The notes under the pieces: model-generated
Databases searched by the model: none
What the model was told of the DNA's origin: nothing
The model's input: the letters and a program-made list of their open reading frames with translations, nothing else
Part shown: positions 8,938-18,681 of the stretch, in pieces
How the letters are laid out: each line of letters begins with the position of its first letter
How positions within the stretch are numbered: position 1 is the stretch's first letter
Origin: an uncultured Anaerolinea sp.
Lineage (GTDB): Bacteria; Chloroflexota; Anaerolineae; Anaerolineales; Villigracilaceae
Length of the DNA: 64,000 nucleotides
Reading direction: 5' to 3'
Assembly (NCBI GenBank): GCA_964607645.1
Contig: CAZSLN010000001.1
Span: 70,577-134,576, forward strand
Program-made: the position numbers and the translations under genes

Positions 8938-9869
8938 TCTTCATCCCTTGCTGAGAGGCTAATAAAAACATCTTCCAAACCAGGGGCAACGATCTTGGAA
9001 TCAATAAATTCATATCCATTATCTTCGATCGTCTTTTTACAACTCACAGTGACCTTTTTTTCCATATCGGGGTCAATTTGCAGGTGGATCTTATCGCCGA
9101 AAGTACGGACATCTAACACACCGGGCAAGTTTGTCATCAGGTGCTTGATCTTTTGGACCGGCTTAGCCTGAATCTCCAACACCCTACCGATGTAATTATT
9201 CCGCATTTCTGAGGGAGTGCCCTCAGCGATAATCTTGCCATGACGCATAAATCCGATGCGATTACAGCGGGCAGCCTCATCCATATAAGGAGTAGTGAGC
9301 AATACACAAAAACCGCCTGTGGTCATATCCATCGATAACTTAATAATCAACTGCCAAAAATCTTGCCTCGTTACCGGATCGACACCCGTGGTGGGTTCAT
9401 CGAGCAGCAGCACCTTTGGCCGGGTGACCAAGGCAGAAGCCAAACCGAGTTTTTGCTTCATACCACCGCTCAAATTTCCCGCGAATCGATCTCTGAAAGG
9501 CATTAGCCCTACAAATTCGAGAATATTATTACATAAAGGTTCCCATTCGCCGCTTTTCAACCCACGTACCTCGGCAAAAAATCGGATGTTCTCCATGACA
9601 GTCATATCTTCATACAAAGAAAAGCGTTGCGATAGATAACCAATGTTCGCCCTTGCTTCATCAGCTTGCTTGGCAACATCGTAGCCACAGACTGTTATGC
9701 TTCCATGATCCGGTCGTAGCGCACCTACCAAAAGGCGCAAAGTAGTCGTTTTTCCTGCCCCATCCGATCCGACGAGACCATAGATCTCGCCCGCGGCAAT
9801 ATTGAGATCGATACTCGATACCGCCACAGTGTGCCCAAATGTTTTTCGCAGGTTTTTTACTTCAATCAT
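8934..9869 (-). CDS. ABC transporter ATP-binding protein (ABC-2 exporter type)
   Basis: Walker A GSDGAGKTT, signature LSGGMKQKL, Walker B LLLLDEPTTGVD. 4-nt overlap with the next ATPase gene. Confidence 0.9.
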   Translation of the reverse strand: MIEVKNLRKTFGHTVAVSSIDLNIAAGEIYGLVGSDGAGKTTTLRLLVGALRPDHGSITVCGYDVAKQADEARANIGYLSQRFSLYEDMTVMENIRFFAEVRGLKSGEWEPLCNNILEFVGLMPFRDRFAGNLSGGMKQKLGLASALVTRPKVLLLDEPTTGVDPVTRQDFWQLIIKLSMDMTTGGFCVLLTTPYMDEAARCNRIGFMRHGKIIAEGTPSEMRNNYIGRVLEIQAKPVQKIKHLMTNLPGVLDVRTFGDKIHLQIDPDMEKKVTVSCKKTIEDNGYEFIDSKIVAPGLEDVFISLSARDEE

Positions 9870-9890
9870 AAAATGCCTCGCTTCGAGACT

Positions 9891-11240
9891 CTATTCAACT
9901 ATGAACTTCACATCAGCAGGCATACCGGGTTTTAATTTGCCTTCTGGGTCAGAGATCTGTATCTTGATGGCGAATACAGTTGTTTTCCGTCCATCACTTG
10001 TTTGTACGTTTCGCGGGGTGAATTCTGCCTTATCAGAGATCTGAACGACTGTACCCTCGAATATTTGTCCATCAAAGGAGTCAGCGGTAACTTCCACTCG
10101 TTGACCTAGGGAAATCTCGCCATAGCGATCCTCAGCGATAAACACGGTAAGGGACAGCTGTGAAAGATCAATAATACTGAAAACGATCGTTCCGGGATTC
10201 ACAACTTCCCCCACTTCAACGTTGCGCATCTGCACAACACCATTTATGGGCGATTTCACTACCAGTTTAGCCACCTGTGCGTCGATCAACTCAAGGTTTG
10301 CCGCCGCAACCTGTACAGCAAGAGCTGCTTGGTTGTGCTGGGAGGTTGCCTGAGCAAGAGTCACTTCTGCCAGCTTAAATTTGGTTGAGCGATCACCTGT
10401 TTTATAGGTCAAGATCTTCGACTGTATTGCGTCAACCCGAGTTTGGGCAACCTGATATTTTGCTCTTGCGTCTAAAATATCTTGAGCACCTTCGGTGCTC
10501 AACGCGTCAGCGTATTCTTTTTGAGCGTCAGCCAATTCAGTTTTAGCGTCTTCAAAGTTAGAATCTGCTTCAGTATTCATTTCTGTGCCATCACTGGCTT
10601 CGCCAACTTGATCCACAACATCCTGAGCAATCACATACCCAACCCGAGCTGCGGCTAAACGGTTTTCAGTGGATAAAAATTCTTGTCCAGCAGATCGTTC
10701 TTCCACGGAAATCAAATTCGTTTTGGCGGTTTCAACATCTGTTTTTGCGCTTGCTTCTGAATCGAGCAACACTTTGAATTCTTCATCCAATGAGAAATAC
10801 CAACCTGGTTGGTCAAATTCTGTTGGGTTCGATCCGGACCAGTTTTCAGTACGAAGTTTTATGTCGTCGGCATTGGCGGTATCAGAGGCAGTATCATATT
10901 GCAATTGTGCCAGCGCGACAGCCTGTTTTGCGGTCTCTTCACTGGCCATAACAGATTCAAGATTTGATTTTGCCAATTTTTGCTGAGCTAACATAACAGC
11001 GCCGTCCAAACCAAATAGTTTATCGCCAATGGCAACTGTTTGCCCAAGGTCTCTGGAAACTTCAACTATTTTTCCATTGACCTCGGGAGAGATTGAAACT
11101 TCAACAGCCTCTACACTGCCGGATGCGGTAATAGCGGCCACCTCGTTTGATTGAATAAAAAAGAAAACTGAATAGCTGATAATGATGAGCAGTAATACAC
11201 CCACAATGGCTTTAACTGGAAGCGGGATTTGATTTTTCAT
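9891..11240 (-). CDS. HlyD-family membrane fusion / periplasmic adaptor protein
   Basis: 449-aa ORF. N-terminal TM helix, long Ala/Gln/Glu-rich coiled-coil centre, C-terminal beta-barrel region (GMPADVKF). Confidence 0.85.
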   Translation of the reverse strand: MKNQIPLPVKAIVGVLLLIIISYSVFFFIQSNEVAAITASGSVEAVEVSISPEVNGKIVEVSRDLGQTVAIGDKLFGLDGAVMLAQQKLAKSNLESVMASEETAKQAVALAQLQYDTASDTANADDIKLRTENWSGSNPTEFDQPGWYFSLDEEFKVLLDSEASAKTDVETAKTNLISVEERSAGQEFLSTENRLAAARVGYVIAQDVVDQVGEASDGTEMNTEADSNFEDAKTELADAQKEYADALSTEGAQDILDARAKYQVAQTRVDAIQSKILTYKTGDRSTKFKLAEVTLAQATSQHNQAALAVQVAAANLELIDAQVAKLVVKSPINGVVQMRNVEVGEVVNPGTIVFSIIDLSQLSLTVFIAEDRYGEISLGQRVEVTADSFDGQIFEGTVVQISDKAEFTPRNVQTSDGRKTTVFAIKIQISDPEGKLKPGMPADVKFIVE

Positions 11241-11271
11241 AGTAGTTACTCCTAATAGATAAGTTGAAAAT

Positions 11272-12399
11272 TTAGTCCAAACGTTTTTTGAATCTCATTG
11301 CTGCGGCTGTCATAATTACAACGCCGAATACGGCTAAGGCGATCACATCGTTCACGATCATTTCTAAGCCAACACCCTTTAGTAGCAACACCCTAATGAT
11401 GATCAAGTAATACCGCAACGGGATCGCGTACGAAATGATTTTCAGAAAATCTGGCATCGCGTCCAGTGGGAAGAAGAATCCTGAAATGAACAGACTTGGT
11501 AGCAAGATCATCCAAACTGAAAGCATTGCCTCTTGCTGAGTATTCGCCATGGTAGAAGCAAATAACCCGATGCCCAAACCCGAAAGTAAGAACAGCGCGG
11601 AAACCGCCATGATCAAGATCATTGGCGAGCGAATAGGAACATCGAACCAATAGTGACCTATCAGCAAGACCTCGAGTGTATCGAACATCGCCAAAATGGT
11701 GTAAGGAAGGATCTTTCCAACCACCAATTCCCAAGAACGAATTGGCGTTACGATCAACTGCTCGATCGTTCCTCGCTCCCTTTCACGCACAACAGCTGTG
11801 GCCGTAAGAATGGCTGTGATCGCGAATAAGATCATGCCAATAACCCCCGGAACCATAAAGTACGCCGAGATCATATCGGGGTTGTACCAAACCGTTGAAC
11901 GGATCTCAACAGGCTGTTGTAATTGCCCCCCAATGCCTGCCCGATTAAATTTTTCGGTTAGCACTTTTGTTGAGTAACTTTGCCCTATAAATTGTGCCGC
12001 AGATAACGACGTTGCCGCTATTGTCGGATCGGATCCATCTAGGATAAAAGAAACCTGCGCGTTACCAGAAGCTACTCGTTGAGAATAATCTGGCGGAATG
12101 ATAAGGCCGGCCTTTGCTTGCCCCTTATCGATCCAGTTTCGTAATTCCGCTTCCGAACCTACCGCACCGTTGATCGAAAAATAATCAGCGGCCCGAAAAG
12201 CGTCCAAAAGCTCACGAGACTGAGTGGAATAACTTTGGTCATAAACAACCAAAGAGACATTTCGCACATCACTATTTGCTGAATACCCCATAACAAACAA
12301 CTGCACAATTGGGATGATCAGGATCATGATCAGTGTTCGTTTATCGCGAAATATTTGGATGAACTCTTTTCGAATAATCGCAAAAAGCCTTGAATTCAT
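11272..12399 (-). CDS. ABC-2 type transporter permease
   Basis: 375-aa ORF. One N-terminal TM helix, a large extracytoplasmic loop, then five hydrophobic helices. Sits in an operon with the two ATPases and HlyD. Confidence 0.85.
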   Translation of the reverse strand: MNSRLFAIIRKEFIQIFRDKRTLIMILIIPIVQLFVMGYSANSDVRNVSLVVYDQSYSTQSRELLDAFRAADYFSINGAVGSEAELRNWIDKGQAKAGLIIPPDYSQRVASGNAQVSFILDGSDPTIAATSLSAAQFIGQSYSTKVLTEKFNRAGIGGQLQQPVEIRSTVWYNPDMISAYFMVPGVIGMILFAITAILTATAVVRERERGTIEQLIVTPIRSWELVVGKILPYTILAMFDTLEVLLIGHYWFDVPIRSPMILIMAVSALFLLSGLGIGLFASTMANTQQEAMLSVWMILLPSLFISGFFFPLDAMPDFLKIISYAIPLRYYLIIIRVLLLKGVGLEMIVNDVIALAVFGVVIMTAAAMRFKKRLD

Positions 12400-13019
12400 T
12401 TGCCCTCCGTATACCTAAAATTGGGATCATTCTTGATACCATTCAAAAATACATCAATGAAAGTATCAAGCGAATTAGATTTGATTTCCGGATTGATGTA
12501 ATCGCTCAACAACATTTCCGTAAAAAAGTAAGATATTAGGGTTCCAACAAACACCCTTATCAGTAAAACAGGTGGAATGGGTTTGATTTGCTGTCCAAAA
12601 TTGTTGAATTTTGCGCTCAAAGCCACGATCTCAGGTTGAACCTTGCTAAGCAAGGACGCCGCATGCTTCCCTTTGAACTCGATCATCTCGATCAGAAGTA
12701 AATTGAGAAATTCGGGGTTGGTCTCTAGTACTTTCACCATCCTACCCGCGCTTAAACGGGCGAATTCATCCATCGTAGTTGCCTCAATTTTTGCGAACCA
12801 AGGGAACAGTTGAATTAAAGGATGTCTATCGTTGATAATGGCATCAAAGATATCTTCTTTAGAGGCGAAGTGGTTATAGATACTGCCCAAAGCAAAACCG
12901 GATTGCTTTGCGATCTGCCGCATCGAGGTGCCGGCATAACCCTGCGTAGAAAAAAGGTCGTAGGCAGCATCGAGGATCTTTGCAGGGGTATTATCTGATT
13001 GGTTAAGTAATTCGGTCAC
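12396..13019 (-). CDS. TetR/AcrR family transcriptional regulator
   Basis: 207-aa ORF. N-terminal HTH GYAGTSMRQIAKQSGFALGSIYNHFASKEDIF. First gene of the exporter operon. Confidence 0.9.
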   Translation of the reverse strand: MTELLNQSDNTPAKILDAAYDLFSTQGYAGTSMRQIAKQSGFALGSIYNHFASKEDIFDAIINDRHPLIQLFPWFAKIEATTMDEFARLSAGRMVKVLETNPEFLNLLLIEMIEFKGKHAASLLSKVQPEIVALSAKFNNFGQQIKPIPPVLLIRVFVGTLISYFFTEMLLSDYINPEIKSNSLDTFIDVFLNGIKNDPNFRYTEGK

Positions 13020-13028
13020 ATTTCTCCT

Positions 13029-13042
13029 AACGAACGTTCGTT
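13029..13042. promoter_or_regulatory. candidate TetR operator (perfect 14-bp palindrome)
   Basis: AACGAACGTTCGTT is its own reverse complement. It lies directly upstream of the tetR ribosome-binding site (AGGAGA, minus strand, 13023-13028) in the tetR/MFS divergent region. Confidence 0.5.
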
Positions 13043-13132
13043 CGTATCCCTATTTTATGCACTTATGCAATTCTGTCAATTGTTTTAAGGGGTCTCGGTT
13101 CTATCTTCGTTGATAAAGTTTTTTCGGTATCA

Positions 13133-14413
13133 TTGGTACAATCAATAGTACTTATGCAAAATGAACGCCATGATCATTTGAAGTTTAATATTTCTGTCAG
13201 CCTTATGGATGCCGCCTTTTTTGGCATTGGAATGGGCTTTGGTTCGTTTGGCACGATCATCCATCTTTTCTTTACCAAAATGACCACCTCTGCGTTGTTA
13301 ATTGGGCTGATCCCCGCTATCCATAACGTTGGCTGGCAAATCCCACAATTATTCGCAGCTGGATGGGTTTCTAAAATGGAACGATTCAAACCGGCTGTTT
13401 TGGCTATGACCATCCACGAGAGACTTCCTTATCTTGGTTTAGCAATTTCGGCTTGGATCCTGTTCAAGTTCGGCGCTGCCATCGCTCTTCCAATTGCCTT
13501 CATTATGTTAATTTGGCAAGGGATTGGTGCCGGTATCACTGCAAACCCCTGGCAAAGTCTGATCGCTAAGATCATCCCCCATGAAAATCACGGGACGTTC
13601 TTCGGCGCCCAGGCGGCTATTGCTAATATTCTTATGAGCGGCTCCGCTGTCGCAGCGGGTTACTTATTAGATAAATGGGATGAGCCGGTCAACTTCATTT
13701 CGACTTTCTCATTTACCTTTGTTGGAATGGTCATTTCGTACATTTTTCTTTCCTATACCCGCGAAACGAAAGTTCCATTAGCCATAGACCATCATAACGA
13801 CTTGCCTTTTTGGACCGTCGCTAAAAACATACTCGAGCGCGACCATAACTTTCGTTGGTTTTTAGCCTTCCGAATCCTTTTTCAATTTGCCACAATGGGC
13901 TTTTCGTTCTACATTCTTTATGCCCTCAAAAAATTCAATATGGGGAATATCACCGCGGGTTACCTAACAGCAACCCTTACCATCACCCAAACCATCGCTA
14001 ACCTTGGAATGGGCTGGATGGGAGATCGCTTCGGGCATCATTCTATGTTGGTTTTAGGCACTGCATCCTCGGTGCTAAGTGCTTTGGTTGCCTGGCTTGC
14101 TCCGGGAATCGGCTGGATGTACTTGGTCTTCTTTTTCTCAGCACTCGCAAATGTTGCCTTTTGGACGATCGGTATTGCTATGACGGTAAGATTTGGTTCT
14201 CCAAAAGAACGTCCCGTTTACATCGGTCTGGCAAACACCCTCATCGCCCCGGCATCGATTGCCGCTCCCATCATTGGCGGGTGGATTGCCGATTCGATTG
14301 GTTTTAATGTCACTTTCATCGTATCGCTCATATTTGGGCTAATCACTACAGGTCTATTGTTAGTTCTTGTTAGAAATCCTCGCGTTTACATCGAAGAAAA
14401 AAGCCCGATTTGA
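13133..14413 (+). CDS. MFS transporter
   Basis: 426-aa ORF with about 12 hydrophobic segments. The track start is TTG; an ATG at 13154 is an alternative start. Confidence 0.8.
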   Translation: MVQSIVLMQNERHDHLKFNISVSLMDAAFFGIGMGFGSFGTIIHLFFTKMTTSALLIGLIPAIHNVGWQIPQLFAAGWVSKMERFKPAVLAMTIHERLPYLGLAISAWILFKFGAAIALPIAFIMLIWQGIGAGITANPWQSLIAKIIPHENHGTFFGAQAAIANILMSGSAVAAGYLLDKWDEPVNFISTFSFTFVGMVISYIFLSYTRETKVPLAIDHHNDLPFWTVAKNILERDHNFRWFLAFRILFQFATMGFSFYILYALKKFNMGNITAGYLTATLTITQTIANLGMGWMGDRFGHHSMLVLGTASSVLSALVAWLAPGIGWMYLVFFFSALANVAFWTIGIAMTVRFGSPKERPVYIGLANTLIAPASIAAPIIGGWIADSIGFNVTFIVSLIFGLITTGLLLVLVRNPRVYIEEKSPI

Positions 14414-14612
14414 GTTTTTTGCATTCTTTTCCTACAAAATGATTAATTGTTGACAAATTATCAAGATTTTTAGACAACCGTCACTATTTATTTTTTTGAA
14501 TTTGTGTTAATATTTGTCATACAATTAACCGTATACTTTTAGGTTCAGTTATTTTGGCGAAGTTGTTTGCCTTAATGAAAGCAATACATTCATTCCTAAC
14601 GGAGGAGAAATT

Positions 14613-15899
14613 ATGCGTCACCTGAAGTATTTACTTGTAATGCTCGCCGTACTATCCATGGTGCTTTCAGCCTGTGCACCCGCTGCACCCGCTACCGAAG
14701 TACCAGCCGCTGAAGCACCCGCTGCTGAAGCTCCCGCTGCCGAAGCACCTGCTGCTGAAGCTCCCGCTGCCGAAGCACCCGCTGCCGAAGAAGGCGCCTT
14801 CCAGATTCCTGACGTCGTTGAAGGTCAATTTAACGTCGCTATGGTTCTGATTGGCCCACATAACGATGGTGGTTGGTCACAGGCTCACTTCGAAGGCCTC
14901 GAATATATCGCCGCCAACGTCCCCAATACCCACATTGCCTATATCGAAAACGTTCCTGAAGGTGCAGATTCCGAACAAGTTTTCCGTAGCCTCGCCCGCA
15001 AAGGCTTTGGCTTGGTCTTCGGTACCTCCTTTGGTTTCGGCGATTCCATGGAAATTGTTGCTGGTGAATTCCCCGAAACAATGTTCATCCACAATACCGG
15101 TATCAAATCCAATGGAACCAACTTTGGTAACTTGATGGGCGCTATGGAAGATATGAAATATCTTGCTGGTATGCTCGCTGGTGCCCGCGCCAAGAAAGAC
15201 GGCAACCCCAAACTTGGTTATATGGCTACCTTCCCCATTCCCGAAGAAATTCGTTTGGGTAACGCCATTGCCCTCGGTATGAGAAAAACCTGCCCCGAAT
15301 GTACCATGGATGTCCGCTGGATCAACACCTGGCACGACCCCGTCATTGAAAAAGAAGCTGCCGCTTCCCTCTTTGATGCTGGCGCTCAGGTTGTATTCAC
15401 TGGTGCAGATACCCCCGCCGTTGCTGACGTAGCTCAGGAAAAAGGCAAATGGGGCGTCACCTATGACTGGTACGGTTCCTGCAAAGTAGAACGTTGTCTC
15501 ACCGCCCCTTACTGGGTGTGGGGACCCGTTTATGCCAAGATCACCGAACAAGTAATCGCTGGCACCTATGTCCCTGGTTGGGATTACTTTGATGCCGAAA
15601 CCGGCGCACTTGGCCTCTATGGCTTTATGGATGGTCAGGAAATGACTGCCGGCGTAAAAGACCTCGATCCCGAAGTCATCGCTATGGTTGAAGACACCCT
15701 TGCCAAAATGCTCGCTGGCGAATTTACCCGCTTCGACGTCTTCGCTGGCCCGATCAATGACAACACCGGCAAAGAAGTTGTTCCCGCCGGCTCCAAACTC
15801 GAGCAGAAAGACCTCGACGCTTTCCCCGAATACAATCTTGGTTGTACCTATTGTATGAAGTGGTGGGCTGAAGGTATTACCGCCGAGCTTCCCAAGTAA
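14613..15899 (+). CDS. BMP-family (PnrA/Med-like) ABC transporter substrate-binding lipoprotein
   Basis: 428-aa ORF. Signal peptide with lipobox (LSAC), a repetitive PAAEA linker, then a BMP-type periplasmic-binding fold (FNVAMVLIGPHNDGGWSQAH..., GADTPAV). GGAGGAG RBS 8 nt upstream. Confidence 0.85.
   Translation: MRHLKYLLVMLAVLSMVLSACAPAAPATEVPAAEAPAAEAPAAEAPAAEAPAAEAPAAEEGAFQIPDVVEGQFNVAMVLIGPHNDGGWSQAHFEGLEYIAANVPNTHIAYIENVPEGADSEQVFRSLARKGFGLVFGTSFGFGDSMEIVAGEFPETMFIHNTGIKSNGTNFGNLMGAMEDMKYLAGMLAGARAKKDGNPKLGYMATFPIPEEIRLGNAIALGMRKTCPECTMDVRWINTWHDPVIEKEAAASLFDAGAQVVFTGADTPAVADVAQEKGKWGVTYDWYGSCKVERCLTAPYWVWGPVYAKITEQVIAGTYVPGWDYFDAETGALGLYGFMDGQEMTAGVKDLDPEVIAMVEDTLAKMLAGEFTRFDVFAGPINDNTGKEVVPAGSKLEQKDLDAFPEYNLGCTYCMKWWAEGITAELPK
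14703..14792 (+). repeat. in-frame tandem repeat, 6 x 15 bp, encoding (PAAEA)n linker
   Basis: Units are cca gcc gct gaa gca / ccc gct gct gaa gct / ccc gct gcc gaa gca and so on. There is a near-exact 30-bp period between 14718-14747 and 14748-14777. Confidence 0.9.
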
Positions 15900-15915
15900 T
15901 AAATTCTGTACTACC

Positions 15916-15950
15916 GCGAGCCAGGTCAATAGATCTGGCTCGCTTTTACT
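15916..15950 (+). terminator. intra-operon hairpin with U-tract after the binding-protein gene
   Basis: gcgagccag (15916-15924) pairs with ctggctcgc (15935-15943), followed by TTTTACT. It lies between the SBP stop and the ATPase start. Confidence 0.6.
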
Positions 15951-15963
15951 CCGTACTTAATAA

Positions 15964-17550
15964 TTGAATATGGAAATCATTATGAGTGACAAAACCTTAG
16001 TACAGAGCTTTAATGAAGAAGTAGTATCAATGCAGTCGATCACCAAGCAATTCCCAGGCGTCTTGGCAAATGACCGCGCGAACTTCAACCTGATGAAGGG
16101 TGAAATTCACGCCCTTTTGGGAGAAAACGGTGCTGGTAAAAGCACCTTGATGAACATTTTGACCGGTCTTTACAAGCAAGACCAGGGCTCGATCATTGTT
16201 CATGGAAACAAAGAATCATTTTCTTCACCAAGCCAGGCCATAGCCGCTGGTATTGGAATGGTTCACCAACATTTTATGCTTGTTCCAACCCACACAGTTA
16301 CCGAAAACGTTTTATTGGGCCTAAAAGAACCCGCCTTCCGCATGAATCTTTCTAAGTACGATGATCTTGTGCGCGATCTAGGCGAAAAAATGGGATTACC
16401 CATTGACCCAACCAATAAGATCTGGCAATTATCCGTTGGCGAACAACAGCGTGTAGAGCTGATAAAAATTCTATACCGAGGGGCTGATATCCTCATTTTG
16501 GATGAACCAACCGCGGTTCTCGCCCCCTTAGAGATCGAAACCTTCTTTGAAACATTACGAAAAATGACCGCATTAGGTAAATCGATTATTTTCATTAGCC
16601 ACAAATTGAACGAAGTACTTGAAATTGCTGATCGAGTTACCGTTATGCGCAAAGGCAAAGTAACAGCCGCCGGCATTGACCCCACCGGTATGACCGTTAG
16701 AGATCTTGCCAAGCTCATGGTAGGGCGAGATATTACCTTTGATGTAACGAAAAAAGACTTGGTCCCCGGCGAAGTCGTCCTTTCAACGGAGAACCTGAAT
16801 TGCCTCAACGATAAAGGTCTGCCTGCTCTGCAAGGGCTTAGCCTCAATGTCAGAAAAAATGAAATCGTTGGCTTAGCCGGTGTTGCTGGAAATGGCCAGC
16901 GTGAGTTAGCCGATGTACTTACAGGTCTTCGCGAATGCAGCAGCGGAAAAATTATCATAAACGGGGCGGATATTACCAATCAAGACTCACTTACCTTTAT
17001 TGAGCATGGAATTTCTCATGTTCCAGAAGATCGCCACTACGTTGGGTCTGCCCACAACCTTAGCCTGGCCGATAACCTGATCATGAAAAGTTATCGACAC
17101 CCACCTATCTCTCCCAAATGGACGATCAACCAAGCCGCTGTCGTGAAAAACGCGACAGAACTTCGCGCGTCTTATGATATTGCTTCCCCATCCATCAATA
17201 CCCCAGTGCGTTTACTTTCCGGCGGTAATTTGCAAAAAGTTATTCTTGCCCGCGAGATCTCCTCTGAACCCTCGGTTATGGTAGCAATGCAGCCTACACG
17301 AGGCTTGGATGTAGGAGCAATCGAAGGGGTACAACAATTACTTCTTAAACAACGAGAAGCCGGCGCTGGAGTTTTGCTTGTTTCGGAAGAATTGGAAGAA
17401 TTACTTGCCCTGAGCGACCGGATCTATGTCATTTATGACGGCAAAATTATGGGCGAAGTCACCGATAAAGATATCGAAAAGATTGGTATGATGATGACCG
17501 GAACGCCCTTGGATAAGATTCTTGAAATTAAAGGGGTAGAAAATGCCTGA
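15964..17550 (+). CDS. ABC transporter ATP-binding protein with two fused cassettes (sugar/nucleoside importer type)
   Basis: 528-aa ORF. Cassette 1: GENGAGKST, LSVGEQQRV, ILILDEPT. Cassette 2: LSGGNLQKV, VSEELEE. The track start is TTG; ATGs at 15970 and 15982 are alternatives. Confidence 0.9.
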   Translation: MNMEIIMSDKTLVQSFNEEVVSMQSITKQFPGVLANDRANFNLMKGEIHALLGENGAGKSTLMNILTGLYKQDQGSIIVHGNKESFSSPSQAIAAGIGMVHQHFMLVPTHTVTENVLLGLKEPAFRMNLSKYDDLVRDLGEKMGLPIDPTNKIWQLSVGEQQRVELIKILYRGADILILDEPTAVLAPLEIETFFETLRKMTALGKSIIFISHKLNEVLEIADRVTVMRKGKVTAAGIDPTGMTVRDLAKLMVGRDITFDVTKKDLVPGEVVLSTENLNCLNDKGLPALQGLSLNVRKNEIVGLAGVAGNGQRELADVLTGLRECSSGKIIINGADITNQDSLTFIEHGISHVPEDRHYVGSAHNLSLADNLIMKSYRHPPISPKWTINQAAVVKNATELRASYDIASPSINTPVRLLSGGNLQKVILAREISSEPSVMVAMQPTRGLDVGAIEGVQQLLLKQREAGAGVLLVSEELEELLALSDRIYVIYDGKIMGEVTDKDIEKIGMMMTGTPLDKILEIKGVENA

Positions 17551-18676
17551 GCCAACAAAATCGATCGAAAAGAAAAGCTTTTCCTTCCCTTATAAAGTAC
17601 GAGTAGAGCCAAGGCTTGATGAGATCACCTGGTGGCAATCCCTATCGATCACCATCTTTGCTCTCGTGCTTGCCCTGCTCATTGGCGCACTCATTCTCGC
17701 TGTCGTTGGCGGCGACCCATGGAAAGCCTATGCGCATATCGCTAAAGCCAGCTTCGGCGATATTGGCGTTTTTTCCGATACGATGGTCAAAGCCATACCA
17801 CTGATCTTGGTTGGTTTGGCAAGCACCGTTGCCTTCCGCATGAAACTATGGAATATCGGTGCTGAAGGTCAATTCTTTCTGGGTGCTTTTGGCGCAAGTA
17901 TGGTTGTTCTTCTTCCAGTTCTTCCTGCCGATTCCCCTCAATGGCTCTTCATACTGGTGATGATGTTGTTTGGTATTACTTTTGGGGCTTTATGGGGCTT
18001 TATCCCGGGCTATCTCAAGGTCAAATTTAATGTAAACGAAGTTATTTCCTCCTTGATGATGAACTATATCGCCTTCAAATGGAATGACTTTTTCATCTAC
18101 GCCGTATGGTCCGAAGGTGGCTTTCAGATGTCCAAGATGTTTCCAAAGAACGCTTGGCTTCCCCGTCTCTCTGATTATGGCAAGATCATTCCCGAATTGC
18201 GCGGGCTAACCACCCATTTCGGACTCATTTTCGCCCTCATTGCTGTCGTGATTATTTGGTTCATTCTTTACCGAAGCAAATGGGGTTACGAAATTAGGTT
18301 GATTGGCGATAACCCCAAAGCAGCCAACTATGCCGGCATAAAATTAGGTAGAAACACCATTTTGGTTATGATGCTCTCTGGCGGTTTAGCTGGCTTAGCC
18401 GGCATGTCTGAGATCAGCGGCGTAGTACATCGTTTACAAGGCGCGATATCCCCAGGCTACGGCTTTACCGGGATCATTGTGGCTTGGCTGGCAAAATTAA
18501 ATCCGTTCCTGGTAATTGTCGTTTCGATCTTGTTTGGCGCCCTGATTCTTGCTGGGCGAGAGATCCAACCTTCTGGTATTCCAAAACTTATCCAAGGCAT
18601 CATCTTAGTCTGCTTGATTGCCAGTGATTTCTTAGTACGAAATCGTATCCGCGTCTTCCGAAAGGTACAGGACTAA
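17543..18676 (+). CDS. ABC transporter permease (BPD_transp_2 type)
   Basis: 377-aa polytopic membrane ORF overlapping the ATPase gene by 8 nt. Confidence 0.85.
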   Translation: MPEPTKSIEKKSFSFPYKVRVEPRLDEITWWQSLSITIFALVLALLIGALILAVVGGDPWKAYAHIAKASFGDIGVFSDTMVKAIPLILVGLASTVAFRMKLWNIGAEGQFFLGAFGASMVVLLPVLPADSPQWLFILVMMLFGITFGALWGFIPGYLKVKFNVNEVISSLMMNYIAFKWNDFFIYAVWSEGGFQMSKMFPKNAWLPRLSDYGKIIPELRGLTTHFGLIFALIAVVIIWFILYRSKWGYEIRLIGDNPKAANYAGIKLGRNTILVMMLSGGLAGLAGMSEISGVVHRLQGAISPGYGFTGIIVAWLAKLNPFLVIVVSILFGALILAGREIQPSGIPKLIQGIILVCLIASDFLVRNRIRVFRKVQD

Positions 18677-18681
18677 TACCC

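Noticed and set aside
11393-11734. 113-aa same-strand, out-of-frame ORF nested in the ABC-2 permease gene.
   Set aside because: It lies fully inside a longer ORF with a coherent membrane topology, so the alternative frame is very unlikely to be coding.
14414-14612. AT-rich 199-bp region upstream of the BMP importer, examined for a purine-type riboswitch or PurR-like operator.
   Set aside because: No GC-rich helices or known riboswitch cores were seen. Only weak imperfect dyads (for example GATTAATTGTT/GACAAATTATC, 8 of 11) and several possible -35/-10 pairs. Nothing specific enough to call.
14703-14792. Short tandem repeats considered as a possible CRISPR-like or minisatellite array.
   Set aside because: The units are contiguous 15-mers without spacers. 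They are in frame inside a gene and encode a PAAEA linker.
14877-15929. 350-aa antisense ORF covering almost the entire BMP lipoprotein gene.
   Set aside because: It lies opposite a gene with clear signal peptide, domain motifs and RBS. Its translation is low-complexity (G/F/E-rich) with no motifs. It is an artefact of stop-codon-poor antisense frames.
16263-16979. 238-aa antisense ORF inside the double-cassette ABC ATPase gene.
   Set aside because: The sense strand carries Walker and signature motifs. The antisense product is Ser/Arg/Pro-rich nonsense with no RBS.
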